From Stylophora pistillata (lineage: Eukaryota), in the NCBI RefSeq assembly GCF_002571385.2, contig NW_019217860.1:514856-578855 (forward strand): a DNA stretch of 64,000 bases. The letters are read 5' to 3'. The notes beneath the pieces were generated by a model. The model was not told the origin of the DNA and did no database searches. It saw only the letters and a program-made list of their open reading frames with translations. Positions 51,146 to 63,679 of the stretch are shown one piece after another. Made by a program: the position numbers and the translations under genes. Within the stretch, counting starts at the first letter, position 1; every line of letters begins with the position of its first letter.

Positions 51146-53681
51146 CAAACAAAAGTATTCATTTATCTATCAGCACAAAAACTTAAACTGTCCCAACAAC
51201 AGATACTGTGGATCTCAAGACAATGCTTATCAGGCCACAGATAAACTGCTAACAAACAAACCAGAACAGAACAACAAAGAAAAAATTAGACACATTTTCA
51301 CGTAAGCACTAGGGCAAAAGAATAACAAGGTGGATGAGGTTTTTGTTGGAAAATTGCCGAGAGGATGGTGCTTGTTGGTTTTGTAAAATAACAACAAAAT
51401 GTCTCGTTAGGAATTCTTAAACTCTTTCAATGAAAAAAAAAGCTAAACTGAATTTCGAGGATTGGGGAGGCTCTTTTACAGGTCAAATGACAACGTCTTT
51501 CCACCCCAGACTATCTGGAATCTTCTTTATTAAAATATAAACCTATCTTAGTATTATTAATTTTCTAGGATAGTTTTAATGTCAGATGACGTACGTATGA
51601 TTATGTAAAGTTTTGTAGAGTCAAATCGTCTCGAAAAAAAAAGATAGAAATACCTTTCAAAACAAAAACAATAACAATAACAACGAATCCGCTGCTCCTC
51701 CAGCTGGTTGACCAGTTCAAACAAGAATGCAAAGACATGAAACATGAAGTAGGAACATCTTTTTTAATGTCATTCCTATAATAGATTCTACAGCTGCGGT
51801 TGGGAAGAATAAAATCTAGTATTGTTCAAGTGTCTCAGCAATTGCATGCAACACCAGGTTTTCTATAAATAAGATAAAGTAAAAATTAAATGTACGCTTC
51901 GGTGAGTGGTAAGCGAATTAATTTTATGTATATTATCTTGGATAATATACATAATAATATTTTTCTTCCTGTGAAAACGTAAAACTTATATTTTACAATT
52001 TTTAATGAACAATTCTTCGCAATTCTAGTTTTAAAATTTTTACAGAAGTCTCCTTCATCGAAAAACTAACACCAAGGTCTAAAGGCTCGACTTTTCAAGA
52101 TTATTTCAATTCTGTGCGACCAGAAGTGTAGCTTTACAAGTTACTTTAAAAAAAACTTATAGATGATAACAATAACAGCTAGATACCAACTCTACATACA
52201 TACAAAACAATGTGGAACACACTTAGTGATAACAATACATTATATTTACAAAATATTCGTTGCATGATTAGGATGGAATGGAGTTTTCAGAGATATTCAT
52301 AGAGGAAACTTCATTTATCATTTTAATTTATGTGTTTCCTTATCAAAAGCATCAAGACTTTTAAAATTTAGGAATAGAAAATCAGATTTTGACACCCATA
52401 CCAGTCCATTCTATTTCTTAAGGTAATAGTTTTATTGTTTGATTTTTAAAACTTTTAATTTGGAACCCCCAATTTAATGAAAACAAGCAGAACACCTTTA
52501 CAGGCCCTTCCATTACTTACAGGTACTTTCGCAAAACGGACTCCTGATGTAGTAAATATAGAAAAACTTAAACAGTTTCTTTTTATTCAAGTAAAAGTTT
52601 ACATTAAGCCTATATATTTTGGAGTGGATAATTATCTCCTTAACTAATAGTCACGGAATGTAGAAGTGCGATATTTTATTGTTCTAAGTACTCTGGATCT
52701 GGATTAGCGCCCTTTTTGTCAAAGTAAAACACGCTTGATCTGGTTTCAGAAAAATTGGACCATTTCTGATACTCTCCCATGAACTAAAAGATAAAAATCC
52801 CTGGAGGGATGGACAGTGGCTAATTATCTGACGAGGGCTTATGCGGGGAGAAATTTATAATCCTCTCTAAAGATCATCTCGGCCTCAGTAGACCGTTGGC
52901 TGATTGCAGTATTGTTTCACGCCTCAGTAGAAGACTTAAGTCAGCTTAAGATATAAAGGGCATTGCTTACCAGGAATAAAAAAATACTACCTTGTGACTA
53001 AAATCTTAAACGACATTTCGACGTGCTTATTATAGTTCTCTTGCTTTCGAAGCCAAATTTGCTACCTATAGCTATAGCTGTGGATAGCATTTTTCTATCA
53101 CCGATATTTCAAACGATGATTTTGAATGGATGACCACACAGATATTGATATCAAGGAGAGCGTCATCATAAACTACGCATCAATTCTCTTTCTACAAAGA
53201 AAACTTAAGAACTGATTCATCATTGCCTTCTTAGAATCTCCGACAAGAAAGTAAAAATTTTCAGGAATAATTGAAATCAGTGGCTCTTTATCTTTGCCTA
53301 CGTTTCTCAGTCATATTTTCCAACAACTGATCGCAAATGATAAAGATCTGAAAAGGTGAGGAAAGAAGGTGGATTTACAGCGACAAGATTGTCTTTCTTC
53401 ATTTATGTATGGAGGAAAATTATCCGAAAAAATATTCGAGAGGTTGAGTTTCTTTTTTTTCGCTTGCCGTCTATTTTGTCTGAGCTGTTGATGTTGCGAA
53501 TTTACCCTAATGTTTTTCTTTACCAAGTATACTTACTGGTATGATTCCACCAATATATATATCATTTTTATGTTATTTTTTTAGACGTCTCTATAGCTTT
53601 TCAAACACTCAAGCCCCTTGAATCTTACATTTGTCAATGAAAAGGCTCGCTTTCTTTTTTCGCAGGATTCATAGCTCTGAT

Positions 53682-56344
53682 ATGTTTCACATGGTTGGTC
53701 GACAGGCTTCATTTTTTACCTCGCTAATTTTGATTTCTCAAATGTTTCGTGACATTGCCAGTCAGCAGTGTGGCCTATACTCGACTAAAAAGATGATGCT
53801 AAGGGGCCATACCTATAAGACATTCAAGTTTACACCAGGTACGCTGGAATGCCAAGAGGCTTGTCACGCTGATCTCAGATGTCAAAGCTATAATGTCGTC
53901 ATGTTCATTGCAATATGTGAGCTAAGCAACCGGACTAAAGAGGCCAGACCAGAGGACTTTGTCAAGGACAAGGACAGATATTATGTAGCGATAGGCCCAA
54001 AACGAGGTAATGGATCTTGCAAAGAGCAAATAGTAATAGCACTCTAAAGAAGTGGGGAGAGGGACACTCAATCAACTGGCTCAGTCTTCTAGTGTGAATG
54101 CAACTCTGCATTTTGCTGTGCATTTTTTTTAGAGATAAGTTGATAGACTGCTAATTATTCGGGAAATCTCATACATTCATCACACGTAATGCGTTAGAGG
54201 TGACACGAGCAGATGGTATGGGTCACCTGACACTCATAGATTTTACGCCGCCACATAGTTAGTGACGTTTCGTATTTTTATTCGAAATTTTAATCATTTC
54301 AATTGCAGTTCCTCTCGGATCAATCCGTGAGCTACCTGCTAGGTCGTGTGAGGAAATCAAGGCGAGTGAAGGAGAACAAGCAGTCAGCGGTAATTATTGG
54401 CTGGATTCTACCAGATCTGAGAACTCTAGTTTGGTTCGCTGTGACATGAAGACAGGTGGTTAGTACAAGAACTATTCCTTAGCATGTTGTTGTCGTGCAA
54501 ATGAGAGGCCATCTCTTAATGAATAGTCTTTTATCTAGTTGCAGACTATTGTGCCAAGCACCAGTGCCAGAACGATGCGAAGTGTGTGAACCGGGAAACA
54601 AACTACTCGTGTGCATGTAACTCACCTGGTTGGACAGGAAAATATTGTGAAAAAGGTTTGCCTTTTGTCAAAATCGTGTTTTCGTTTTTTTCGAACAGGT
54701 CTTACTGAACAAGTAAGATGGAGGAAATATGTTGAATCAACCTATTTTTATCCATAGATATCAACGAATGTCAGGAAGATTTGCATATTTGTCTGGCCAA
54801 AGCCATTTGTCACAATACTGAGGGCTCCTACAAGTGTTCATGCAAACCCGGATTTATTGGAGACGGAAAAAATAGCTGCAAAGGTAAGGTAACCTCCTTG
54901 TAACCTCCTTTTGGGTGATTCCAAGGCTACAGGCAGAGGGATTTCAATATCAACAAAATCGTGTAGTTATCGGTACCCAATCAATTGCTGCTATGTTTTT
55001 ACTTCTTAGTTCTTTAATATTTATATACAGTTGAGATTTTATTGTTGACGCAAAGCCCTGGCATGGAATAAAGAAGCTAGAATGATTGTGTCACCTGATT
55101 TTTACTTAGGATGCGAGCCGGTTGGTGTAGCGGACAGGAATAGAATACCAGACGCCAGAATAACAGCAAGCAGTATTCACGATACTAAATATCATCCTTA
55201 CTACGGCCGGCTGCATGAAAGCAGAGGAAAAGGAGGATGGTGCCCTAAGAAAAAACCTCATAATACAGAATATCTTCAAGTTGATATGAGGGAAGTACGT
55301 TCAGTTTGTGCTGTGGCTACACAAGGATTACGCGGAAGACCTTCCTGGTCCACAAGCTATAAACTGCGCCTGTCCACAGACGGTAAATCCTGGAAAACAT
55401 ACAAGGAGACAAATGAAGAAAAGGTGCGGATGAAACTGTAACTGATATTTCAGCAATTATCAGAGACTTTGCAGTTAATGCTTAAAGACAGACACTTAGT
55501 TGGTAAATTTAGACACTTATCTTACTTGGCTGTTACAGCAGAGTTTTCATTCGACACCATTCTCCCTACAATATGGGACTAATGTTGCACATCAAATTAA
55601 AGGGCAGCAGTCAATTATTCACAGCAACAGTAGAGTGTTTATAATAAAAAACAAAATGTACTGGGAGAATTGCTTGTTTTTTACATATCAGACTGTGTAT
55701 ATATAAAGTTTAGGTCCGTCGGAGTAGCTCTTGCACAGAACGTTTTCGAAAGAGATCTGTTCAGGCATTACTTTAGAGATATCATTACTCGGCTTACAAT
55801 GTTCGTTACCCTCGGCAGATGGTTTAAAATGTCCTCGGCAAGTGTCCAGTTCAGGCCAGAATTTTTCGGTGAAACAAATTTTTCTCAAGGGAAGTACCCT
55901 TGGGTATTTATGTAGCCCAAGAGGTTTAAAGGCAAATTTGGAACGTTTGGGACGAGGGGAGGAAGAGGCGATTGATTTCCACCAATCAAAGGGTTGCGTT
56001 TATGACTGGAATACTCCGGGAGAAAAAGAAACAGAAACACAGCTCATAGGCAAGAAATATGTTCATTTGCCTCTAAAACTCAGCGTTCGGAGTCAATTAT
56101 TAATAGCACCACCTCCCCATTTGAACACCTCGTTTCGTGTGTTGCTTATACTCTGCTCTTTAACTCTCATTACTCAGACCTCTTTTTCCATATGCATTCC
56201 TAGATCTTTCAAGGGAACGTAGACGACAGCAGCATCGTAAAACATCCACTCAGTACTGAAGTCAAGGCCAGATACGTTCGGTTTTATCCTGTCACGCATT
56301 ACCGATATCCCTGTATGAGGGTTGAAGTGTTTATGCTAAATTGA
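53682..56344 (+). CDS. Gene C: secreted PAN/apple-like, fibrinogen/COLFI-start-like, EGF, cbEGF, F5/8C protein (intact paralog of gene A)
   Basis: Start at 53682 or 53691. Exons run to 54006, then ~54309-54458, 54539-54655, 54759-54884, 55110-55423 and 56204-56344. Domain-bounding introns are phase 1 and the frame is open. Confidence 0.88.
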
Positions 56345-57244
56345 CAAAACACACATATTCTATAATCTATCAGCACAAAAACTCAGACTGTCCCAATAAC
56401 AGATGCTATAGATCTCAAGACAGTGGTTATCAGGCCGTAGATATACTGATAACAAACAAACCAAAGAAGAATTACAAAGAAAATGGTAGAAAACAAAATA
56501 TAGACGAATTTGCAAATAAGCACTAAAGTAAAATAAGGACAAAACGATAGGCTTAGTTTGGAAGATTACTGAGAGGAGGGTGTTGGTTGTTTTTGTATAA
56601 TTAACGAAGAGCGTCTAACTAGCGAGTCTTAAACTCATGCAAGGAAAAACGAAAAATTTAAACTGAATCTCGAGGATTGGGTCGAACGACTGGAAGGGTC
56701 ATTTACATGCCAGTAACCCTGCCTTTCCACCTCAGACGATCAGGAATCTTATTTTCATTGTATCTTATTTTATTGTATTATCGAAATGCTAAAATAGTTT
56801 TGGTGAATTTTATCAGTCTAGTTTAAGGTGACTTACGCAGGACTATGTAAAGTCTTTTACAGTTATCTAGGAAACAAAAAGATGGAAAAACATGATTTCC
56901 AAAACAAAAACAGCAACAATAGCAACGAATTCGCTGCTCCTTGAGCTTGTTGACTTGTTGAAACAGGAATGCATATAAATAAAACATGAAGTCGTGTAAA
57001 GGACTTTCAGCCGTTATAGCAACAGTTACATCTTTTTTTTTTATGCGAGGTAGCTAAAAATAGATTCTACAACCCCGGTTGGGAAGAACAAAGTCTAGCA
57101 GCTGCATGCAGCGGCAGGTTTTCTATAAATGAGATAAAGTAAAAATGGAATGTAATGTTGCGATAAGTGGTCAGCCAGTTTCATTATGTAGACTATCCAA
57201 AATGTGCAAAAGTGCTTCGTTCAATAGACTTTAATAAGATACAA

Positions 57245-57990
57245 TGAATATATGAAGTTCATATATTTTGAACTGCGGTTGTAGATACGTATAATGCACG
57301 AACCTCGCAGTAGATAGCGCTATTTAAGCAATAGCGAAAATCAGACCTGTACGGGATTCGAACCACTGACCTCTGCGATACTAGTGCAGCGCTCTACCAA
57401 TTGAGCTAACAAGCCAACTGGGAGCAGGCCGTTAAGTTGATTCGTAATAAACCCCTGATGATAAATCAGATACGATGTATATATGAAGTTCATATATTTT
57501 GAACTGCGGTTATAGATACGTATGATGCACGATCCTTCGCAATAGAGAGCGCTATCTATGCAATAGCGGAAATCAGACCTGAAAAAAATCAGGCCTGTAC
57601 GGGATTCGAACCACTGACCTCTGCGATACTAGTGCAGCGCTCTACCAATTGAGCTAACAAGCCAACTGGGAGCAGGCCGTTAAGTTGATTCGTAATAAAC
57701 CCCTGATGATAAATCAGATACGATGTATATATGAAGTTCATATATTTTGAACTGCGGTTATAGATACGTATGATGCACTATCCTCGCAGTAGAGAGCGCT
57801 ATTTATGCAATAGCGAAAATCAGAATCACAGAGGTCAGTGGTTCGAATCCCGTACAGGCTTGATTTTTTTCAGGTCTGATTTTCGCTATAGCATAAATAG
57901 CGCTCTCTACTGCGAGGATCGTGCATCATACGTATCTATAACCGCAGTCAGTTCAAAATATATGAACTTCATATATTCATCGTATCTATA
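57245..57990. repeat. tRNA-Thr(AGU)-like pseudo-tRNA repeat: about 2.4 tandem ~250-bp units plus an inverted unit
   Basis: Unit starts at ~57247, 57478 and 57727. The full tRNA-like head is on the minus strand at 57591-57663, and the inverted copy spans 57826-57990. Confidence 0.88.
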
Positions 57991-58074
57991 ATGCTTTAGT
58001 TCAACCCCCATTTCGATTACTGTTGTGTCGTAAGGGGGAATTGCAATAAATCTCTTTCCCTTCATAAAAACTAC

Positions 58075-58576
58075 GGAATCGTGCTGCGCGTATTTTGACA
58101 TCTTCTTCATATGATGCCAATGCGGATGATCTGGGTAGTCTGAGTGTTTGATTAGGCTGGCAAAAACTTATGATTAAACTTCAACGAAAATTAAAAACAG
58201 CCACAATGGTCTATAAATCTCTTAATGGTCTCGCCCCAGATTATCTGAAATCAAATTTTTTACTGATCGGAGTGCAATATCTACCTATTCTCTTACGAAA
58301 TGTGTGGGCAAACTAGCAGTTCCACTCCCCCGCACTAATTTTCTAAAAAAAAAAGTTTCAGCTATAGTGGTGCGGTGGCGTGAAAAACTTACTTTCCAAT
58401 CTGCGGCAAGCACAAACTCTTGCAAGTTTTAAATCCGGCTGCAGGGGTTTCCTTTTTGATAATAAATAAGTTAATTAATCACGCGGTATTCATGGAAGCA
58501 GACACTTTGTTATTGTTTTTATTTTATTGTTATAAGAATTAATTAGTAATTTACTTAAAGTCTTGATGTTTTACCT

Positions 58577-58622
<46 letters not shown>

Positions 58623-58623
58623 A
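58075..58623 (+). mobile_element. LINE (L2/CR1-group-like) 3' fragment with (TAAA)n tail
   Basis: Degenerate ORF2 end (NRAARILT.., MVYKSLNGLAPDYL, PLPRTN..SFSYSGA), followed by a (TAAA)n tail at ~58590-58623. Confidence 0.8.
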
Positions 58624-59077
58624 GTGATTTGTTACCCACAACGAGGCAGTTGATATGCATTTCAACTAATTTTACAAAGCAAATGGCTGGCTAAAATATT
58701 TGGCGATTGTCGCTAAAATATTTGGCGATTTGGCGGCTGCGTTAAAGTAAAAACAAGAAGATGAGAAAAGGCGTTTCTTTTCTGAAAACCTGTCAAAACA
58801 TTGAACTGTTAGGTGAAAAAGTTGACACATTTTAACCGAAGTAATTATTATTTGTGGCGACAACAATGGAAAGATGTTGACGATTAGCCGTAAATTAGCA
58901 CCCCGTTTCTTCTTCTCGCGGGGGCAAAATTGTTTATAAACGTCATCTCTTAATGTGTAACGCTTCGAATTAGCGCAGTTTTAGAAGAATTATTGTGATT
59001 GGCTTAATTGCTGCTAAAAATATCCAAACCTTGGCATCCAATTAAAACGCTTATTGCACCACAACAAGAAATCCAAT

Positions 59078-62000
59078 ATGGAGGTCAAGGTTGGTTATAA
59101 AAGTAGTTTTGGAGATGTACAATACTATGCGATCGATCAGGACCTCTCCGCGATCCATAGTGTGAACAAGAAAAAAATCATGGTTTGGAACGGGAAAGGG
59201 AAATATGGAGTCAAAACCGGGCGAACTGTCCGAAATCCTTTCTCTCATTTTCTTGGCCGCGAACCGGAAGTTTTACTCAAGTTTACAAGAGGAACGGAGA
59301 ACATGTCCAAATACGATATGGAACAGTTCCTCGAAGAGAACGATATAGGGGATGGCCTTGGTGATTTCACACTCTCGTCCAACCGGCATCTGCGAGCTGG
59401 AAGTGGAGTGCATATGTCTAGCGTTATGTACTCCTTGAAAAAGCGCAAGCGATGGACCTTGTCAGAAGTGTTCAAGGAAATCAGTGGTCAAGACACAAGC
59501 GATGCTTCGTCTAGACCCAGTGTTACTATTGTGCGTCGCCGGATGCGACAAGAGGTCGACGCAGATTGCATTGCTGTCCACAAAGTCCGAGAGAACATAG
59601 TGTATACTCCTCGAAAACGCAAATACACTCGCGTGCAAGATTTACTGAAGAAGAGTGACTCAACCGAATTGGAGCCCGAAATTGGTTACGAGCTGTCGTA
59701 TCGATATCCAAAGAACGAATACCCCGAATGCAGCGAAAGATACGCCACAAGTTATCGTTGGTCTTTTCAGTATTCTCTCAAAGATCCGTGCAAGTCTCGA
59801 TTTAAGAACAAGGGCGTGAAAAACAAGGGCTACCGCTGGGGTCTCTATTCCGACAGAGAGCTCAGGAATAAAGAAGTTCTCAAAGGTAAACGTTGTCAGG
59901 CATACTCAACACCCAAAATCGCTGAGAGTAAAATTAGTGTGATGGGTGCAAAGTGGTTTAGTAGCTTTAAGACCCCAAGAGAGACATCCTCTCCCTATAG
60001 TACAGGGTTTGATATTGGCTCTTACATTGATGAGCTTTCCAGACACCCACCGAAGAAAACACGACAGAAACCAAATTTGAGACATAAAGATGGATCATTG
60101 AGTCAGTGTTTTAAGTATGGAAAGAAAAGTTTCGTCTTCATTGACCCTGAACCAAGCATGAACACCTCTCAGAATCCTACCACTGCCCCATCTGCTTCTG
60201 CACCTTCAATGATTCCTCCATCAGAGAAGAAGCTAACAGCTCCTTTACAGTTATTGCTTGATGACTTGAAGCCTGAAAAGCTTACCGAAGATTGGAATGG
60301 CATGTACTTGGAAGGAAACAGCTTGCCAAGGAAGTTCACAATTGACCTAATTCCCCTTCTTTCTCCCGGTGGAAGCTTTACAAATGAATTTTGCTGCATA
60401 CTGTTTGAAATGACCGACCAGCTGAATCGTGAAATGAACTGCAGAACAGTTGCAGTTAGTTTGCATGCCACAAAGACTCAGGACCTTTCTGGTGATCTTT
60501 GCAATGCTATGAAAAACTTCTTTGTGGAATTGGAAAATGAGAAGAAAGACTTTTGGAGAGTGTGCGATGCAGTTAGCTGTGCAACTCATTACTTGCAATG
60601 TTGCTACCAGTCTTTCCTACCCCCTATGCAAGACTCCCACAGCCACACAAAAATATGGAATTCTATTGATGTGCTTGGTTCTATGTTTGGATGGAAATCA
60701 GAGGTCTTAACTCGGGTGGAAATAAAATCTGAACTGAGAGCAAAAATCAAGAAAATTGATTTGCTCAGCATGGATGTTGTTATAAGAACTGATACGGATG
60801 ATGAAGGAATTGCAGAACCACTTGAAAAGTTTTGTGGTATATGCTACAAGGAATTTGGTGAGTATTTCAAACCATTGGATTTTTTTATGTCATATACTTA
60901 ACACATATAATCGTATTCAAAATATAAAAAAGAGTTCATTAATAAAGGTGAAAACTGATGTGAAAAGTATCAACCTTTTCACTCCTAGAAGTGATTAACA
61001 TGTAACTTCTCTCCATGATCTAAAAAAAATTACTCAGTAAACAGGTAATGAGAATACTCAAACTTTATCTTGATCTAACATCAAGTTCTTGAAAATAATT
61101 TTCATGGGAATGTGTAGCAGCCAGAGGGGAGAATCAAATATTAAGGTTAAGTAAAGGGGAAAATTGACTTTACATAACATATGTAACCCTCTATGGGAAA
61201 ACAGTTTACTTATCCATTCAAAAAGATTGCACTTGTTTAACACTGAAGCGAAATGTTTTTAAGCTGTTTGCTAACTGGTTTTAAAAAAATTTGCATCTGT
61301 TTAAAAAAATTATTGCATCAGTTTAAGGCTGTAGCGTTTAAAAATTGGGATCAAGTCATTGGCTGTAGAATGATAAAGCTGAATTTTTTTAAGCACCATG
61401 TTTTGCTATCCCATTTGTGGTATTTGTTAGAGAGATGTGGTTACTTCTATATAGTTTCATAATTTATCACTTCTTATGAGAAATTCACTCTATTTTCAAA
61501 TTTTCAATACAGTGCAAAAATTACAGTAATCCTCATGATCATATGTTTTTTGTATGTAAATCAAAGTTATACTTCTTTCCCTGCAGAGAATCAACTTTTG
61601 ACTCCATTTACTGCTCTGAAACACTGCCTACATACCTTCTGCGATGAATGCTGGGAAGTCCACCTGAAGACACAAATTAGCTTGGGGAACACAGACCTAC
61701 AATGTCCTGGACATAAGTGTAACGTCTGTGTTGACAAGGCCACTATTTTGACTCTGGTGCCTAACTGGTATGACAAGTTCCAGTCACAGAAAATTGACAA
61801 AGTCATAGAGTCCAGTTCAGAATTGAGGTGGTGTCCCTCCAGCAAGTGTGCTAAAGTGTTAAAGGTGTCTGCATCTGGTGCCATGGCCAGTAGAAGCAAC
61901 CCAGTGTCTGTAGCATGTTCTTGTGGAGGGCTTTGGTGTTTCCAGTGTGGTAAAAAGGCTCACTGGCCAGCTTCATGTTCAGGTGAAGAGAAATTCCAGG

Positions 62001-62707
62001 AAATTACCAAGCAAATTCATGCAGAAATCAAGCAGAAGGGAGAGGATTGCATAACTTCAGTCATGGTGCGAAATTGTCCCAACTGTCGCTATCCTATTGA
62101 AAAGCACCTTGGCTGTAGTTTTATGTTCTGTATCATGTGCCAGACAGCTTTCTGCTGGGAATGTCTTACTCCCATGAGCAAACATCAGGAAGAATGTAAA
62201 CAAAAAGTGCAGTCAAAGGAAGTGGATTTAGATCTTGTCAGCTCAAGCAGCACTCATTTTGAAGAATACTTTTCTATATATCTTAGCAACAAAATGGGAC
62301 AATCGAGCAAGGTTATGTTCCATCAAAGACAGCGGCTGCGGAATTTTGAGAAGATTGTAAAATCCCATGAAAGTCTTAATAGCTCACCTGTCTTCTCATT
62401 TGATGGAGTGGTGGAAAAGATTCTGCAGGGTGGCTACAAAAATGTACTGAGGAGTGCGGCTGAATTCAAGTTTTATTCCCATTTGACTCTTGAAGGTGCA
62501 GCAAAAATGGCCATTTTGTCAAAATCTACATCTAAATGTGTAAAGAAACACATGAGCCGATTGCAATTTATCATGGAGAGAATTGAAGAAATCTTTAAGT
62601 GTGACTTAAAACAGCTGTTAAAGAACAACCATTTGAGAAAACTGTCTAGATTACTACAACATGGAAATGATTGTGTCTATGCAATTGGACAGATTCTCTC
62701 TGATTGA
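59078..62707 (+). CDS. RBR (RING1-IBR-RING2) E3 ubiquitin ligase, Ariadne-like, with ~590-aa N-terminal extension; exons 59078-60857 and 61587-62707
   Basis: RING1 is split by the intron (CGIC | CLHTFCDECW..CPGHKC). IBR is WCPSSKC..CSCG..CFQC..H..C and RING2 is CPNC..IEKHLGCSFMFCIMCQTAFCWEC. A phase-1 GT-AG intron joins the exons in frame. Confidence 0.9.
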
Positions 62708-63679
62708 CAGGAAAAATACAGGCCTTGAATTATCAAAGGGACCAGTTACTTACACTGCGCACTCTGCTTAATTATTTTTTGGAATGCAATTATTAATGTT
62801 TCCGTGCAAATAAATCATAGGCTTGAATTTCATTTTTATTTGGTTTTTGTATCAGCATATAGGAAATCAAACATTTGAACCTTTGACAAAATTGAACAAT
62901 ATGTTATAATTTCTCTCTGCATTGAGATTTTTTTGCATTAAACTGTCAAGGAATTAGAATAGATATACAATGCAGAATGATATAATTATCTATATATTTT
63001 TTTGCATTGGTTTAAATTTTGTAACTTGAACTTTACAGCAGCATGAAAATTTTGGAGTCTCTCCTCTTGTGCATGGATTGATACATTGAATGATATCAGC
63101 ATGTACAATTCAGCATTTGTGTTTCTTTAATTATACATTCAGTCTGAAATTGAAACCTTTTAATCCAATACCACAAAGTTGTCATAGATAAATGGGAAAA
63201 ATCATGTTATTGCAATGCACTCAATATGCTATGAAAATTGACGAAATTTTCACCATTTTCATAATATTGTTTATAGGGCTATGTGTATATTGTATAACTC
63301 TAGGTGTCTTCCTTTTAAAGCCCCAACTGCCCAGCTTTTGTCACCTTTTGGAATCTATCATGTAATCTATCCATGTTTTGTTGATTCACCTGCTTATTAA
63401 TTTTCTCCTTTTTGAAGCACCGCAATCTAAATCTCATATGTTTACACAGTTAGAATTGATATAAAAATGAAACCTACTATTTCTCTGAAAAATATTTCGA
63501 GATCGGTTTGTTAATTCTCCCCTCTAACTACTACACATTTCCTTGTAAAATAGTTACAAGAATGTAATGTTAGATCAAAAAAATTACTTCTACCTGATCA
63601 GTTTGAATAATCTCATTCCCGGTTTGTTGGATAATTTGTGGAAATAATAGTGAGAAGCTACATATTAATCACTCAACAA

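Noticed and set aside
57450-57480. CTGATGA hammerhead or snoRNA-like box in the tRNA-derived repeat
   Set aside because: No stem II-GAAA follows, and the motif is not conserved in the copies at ~150 and ~63900.
57591-57663. Functional tRNA-Thr(AGU) gene
   Set aside because: The T stem has two mismatches and the anticodon stem one. It is embedded in a multi-copy 250-bp repeat, so it is treated as a pseudo-tRNA repeat.
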